Origin: Eledone cirrhosa
Lineage: Eukaryota
Direction of reading: 5' to 3'
Assembly: GCA_964016885.1 (NCBI GenBank)
Contig: OZ024741.1
Span: 140,740,001 to 140,804,000, forward strand
Length of the DNA: 64,000 nucleotides
The notes below the pieces were generated by a model. It did not search any database. It was given only the letters and a program-made list of their open reading frames with translations, and was not told the DNA's origin. The position numbers and the translations under genes are program-made. Below, piece by piece: positions 63,719 through 64,000 of this stretch (position 1 is its first letter; each line of letters opens with the position of its first letter).

Positions 63719-64000
63719 TATACACACACCACATACCTAAAATGTGTTATTGTCCAAGCGAAAGACCAAGACACATACAACTTATGTCATTGTAAAGTAA
63801 AATGTCTTGCTCAAGGATAAAAATATCAGGTGGTCAGTGCATCGAACTCCAGAAATAACAATCGTGATTCCAGCACGATCAAACTAAGCCCTGCACTTTC
63901 CCACGAAGAGGGCCTTTTTTATGGAAAGTCCTCGCATAAATAGAAAATCCTAACACAAATTCAATTCATTGGTCTAGCATCAAAAATCAGGTTTCAAACA

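Overview
AT-rich eukaryotic (metazoan) intergenic or intronic DNA. I could not support any host gene. The tRNA-derived SINE and the very dense (AT)n/(CA)n tracts suggest a cephalopod such as octopus, but this is inference. The window is mostly transposable elements: a Chapaev3-type DNA transposon (CACTG TIRs, TTA TSD), a full-length Tx1/L1 LINE with a 22-bp TSD in (GATA)n, an R4/Dong-like LINE, a 5'-inverted Rex3/Expander-like RTE, a non-autonomous Helitron, many SINEs including a tandem array, and a large set of Penelope-like elements (PLEs). The PLE set comprises several Naiad-type copies, a 5'-truncated RT+GIY-YIG element, a nearly intact Neptune-type element, and many non-coding derivatives sitting in (TA)n tracts. 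Three signals stand out. (1) The Neptune element has an extra upstream ORF overlapping RT in the -1 frame, with an in-phase U UUU UUA GGG slippery site, i.e. a gag-pol-like layout. (2) About a dozen type I hammerhead ribozyme (HHR) motifs from at least six families are present, including U3-A8 and U4C core variants and a retrozyme-like tandem locus. (3) Many insertions share one architecture: a tail-bearing arm plus an inverted tail-less arm ending at a fixed TA-rich site, which points to twin priming in microsatellites. All calls were made by eye; no searches or folding programs were run.
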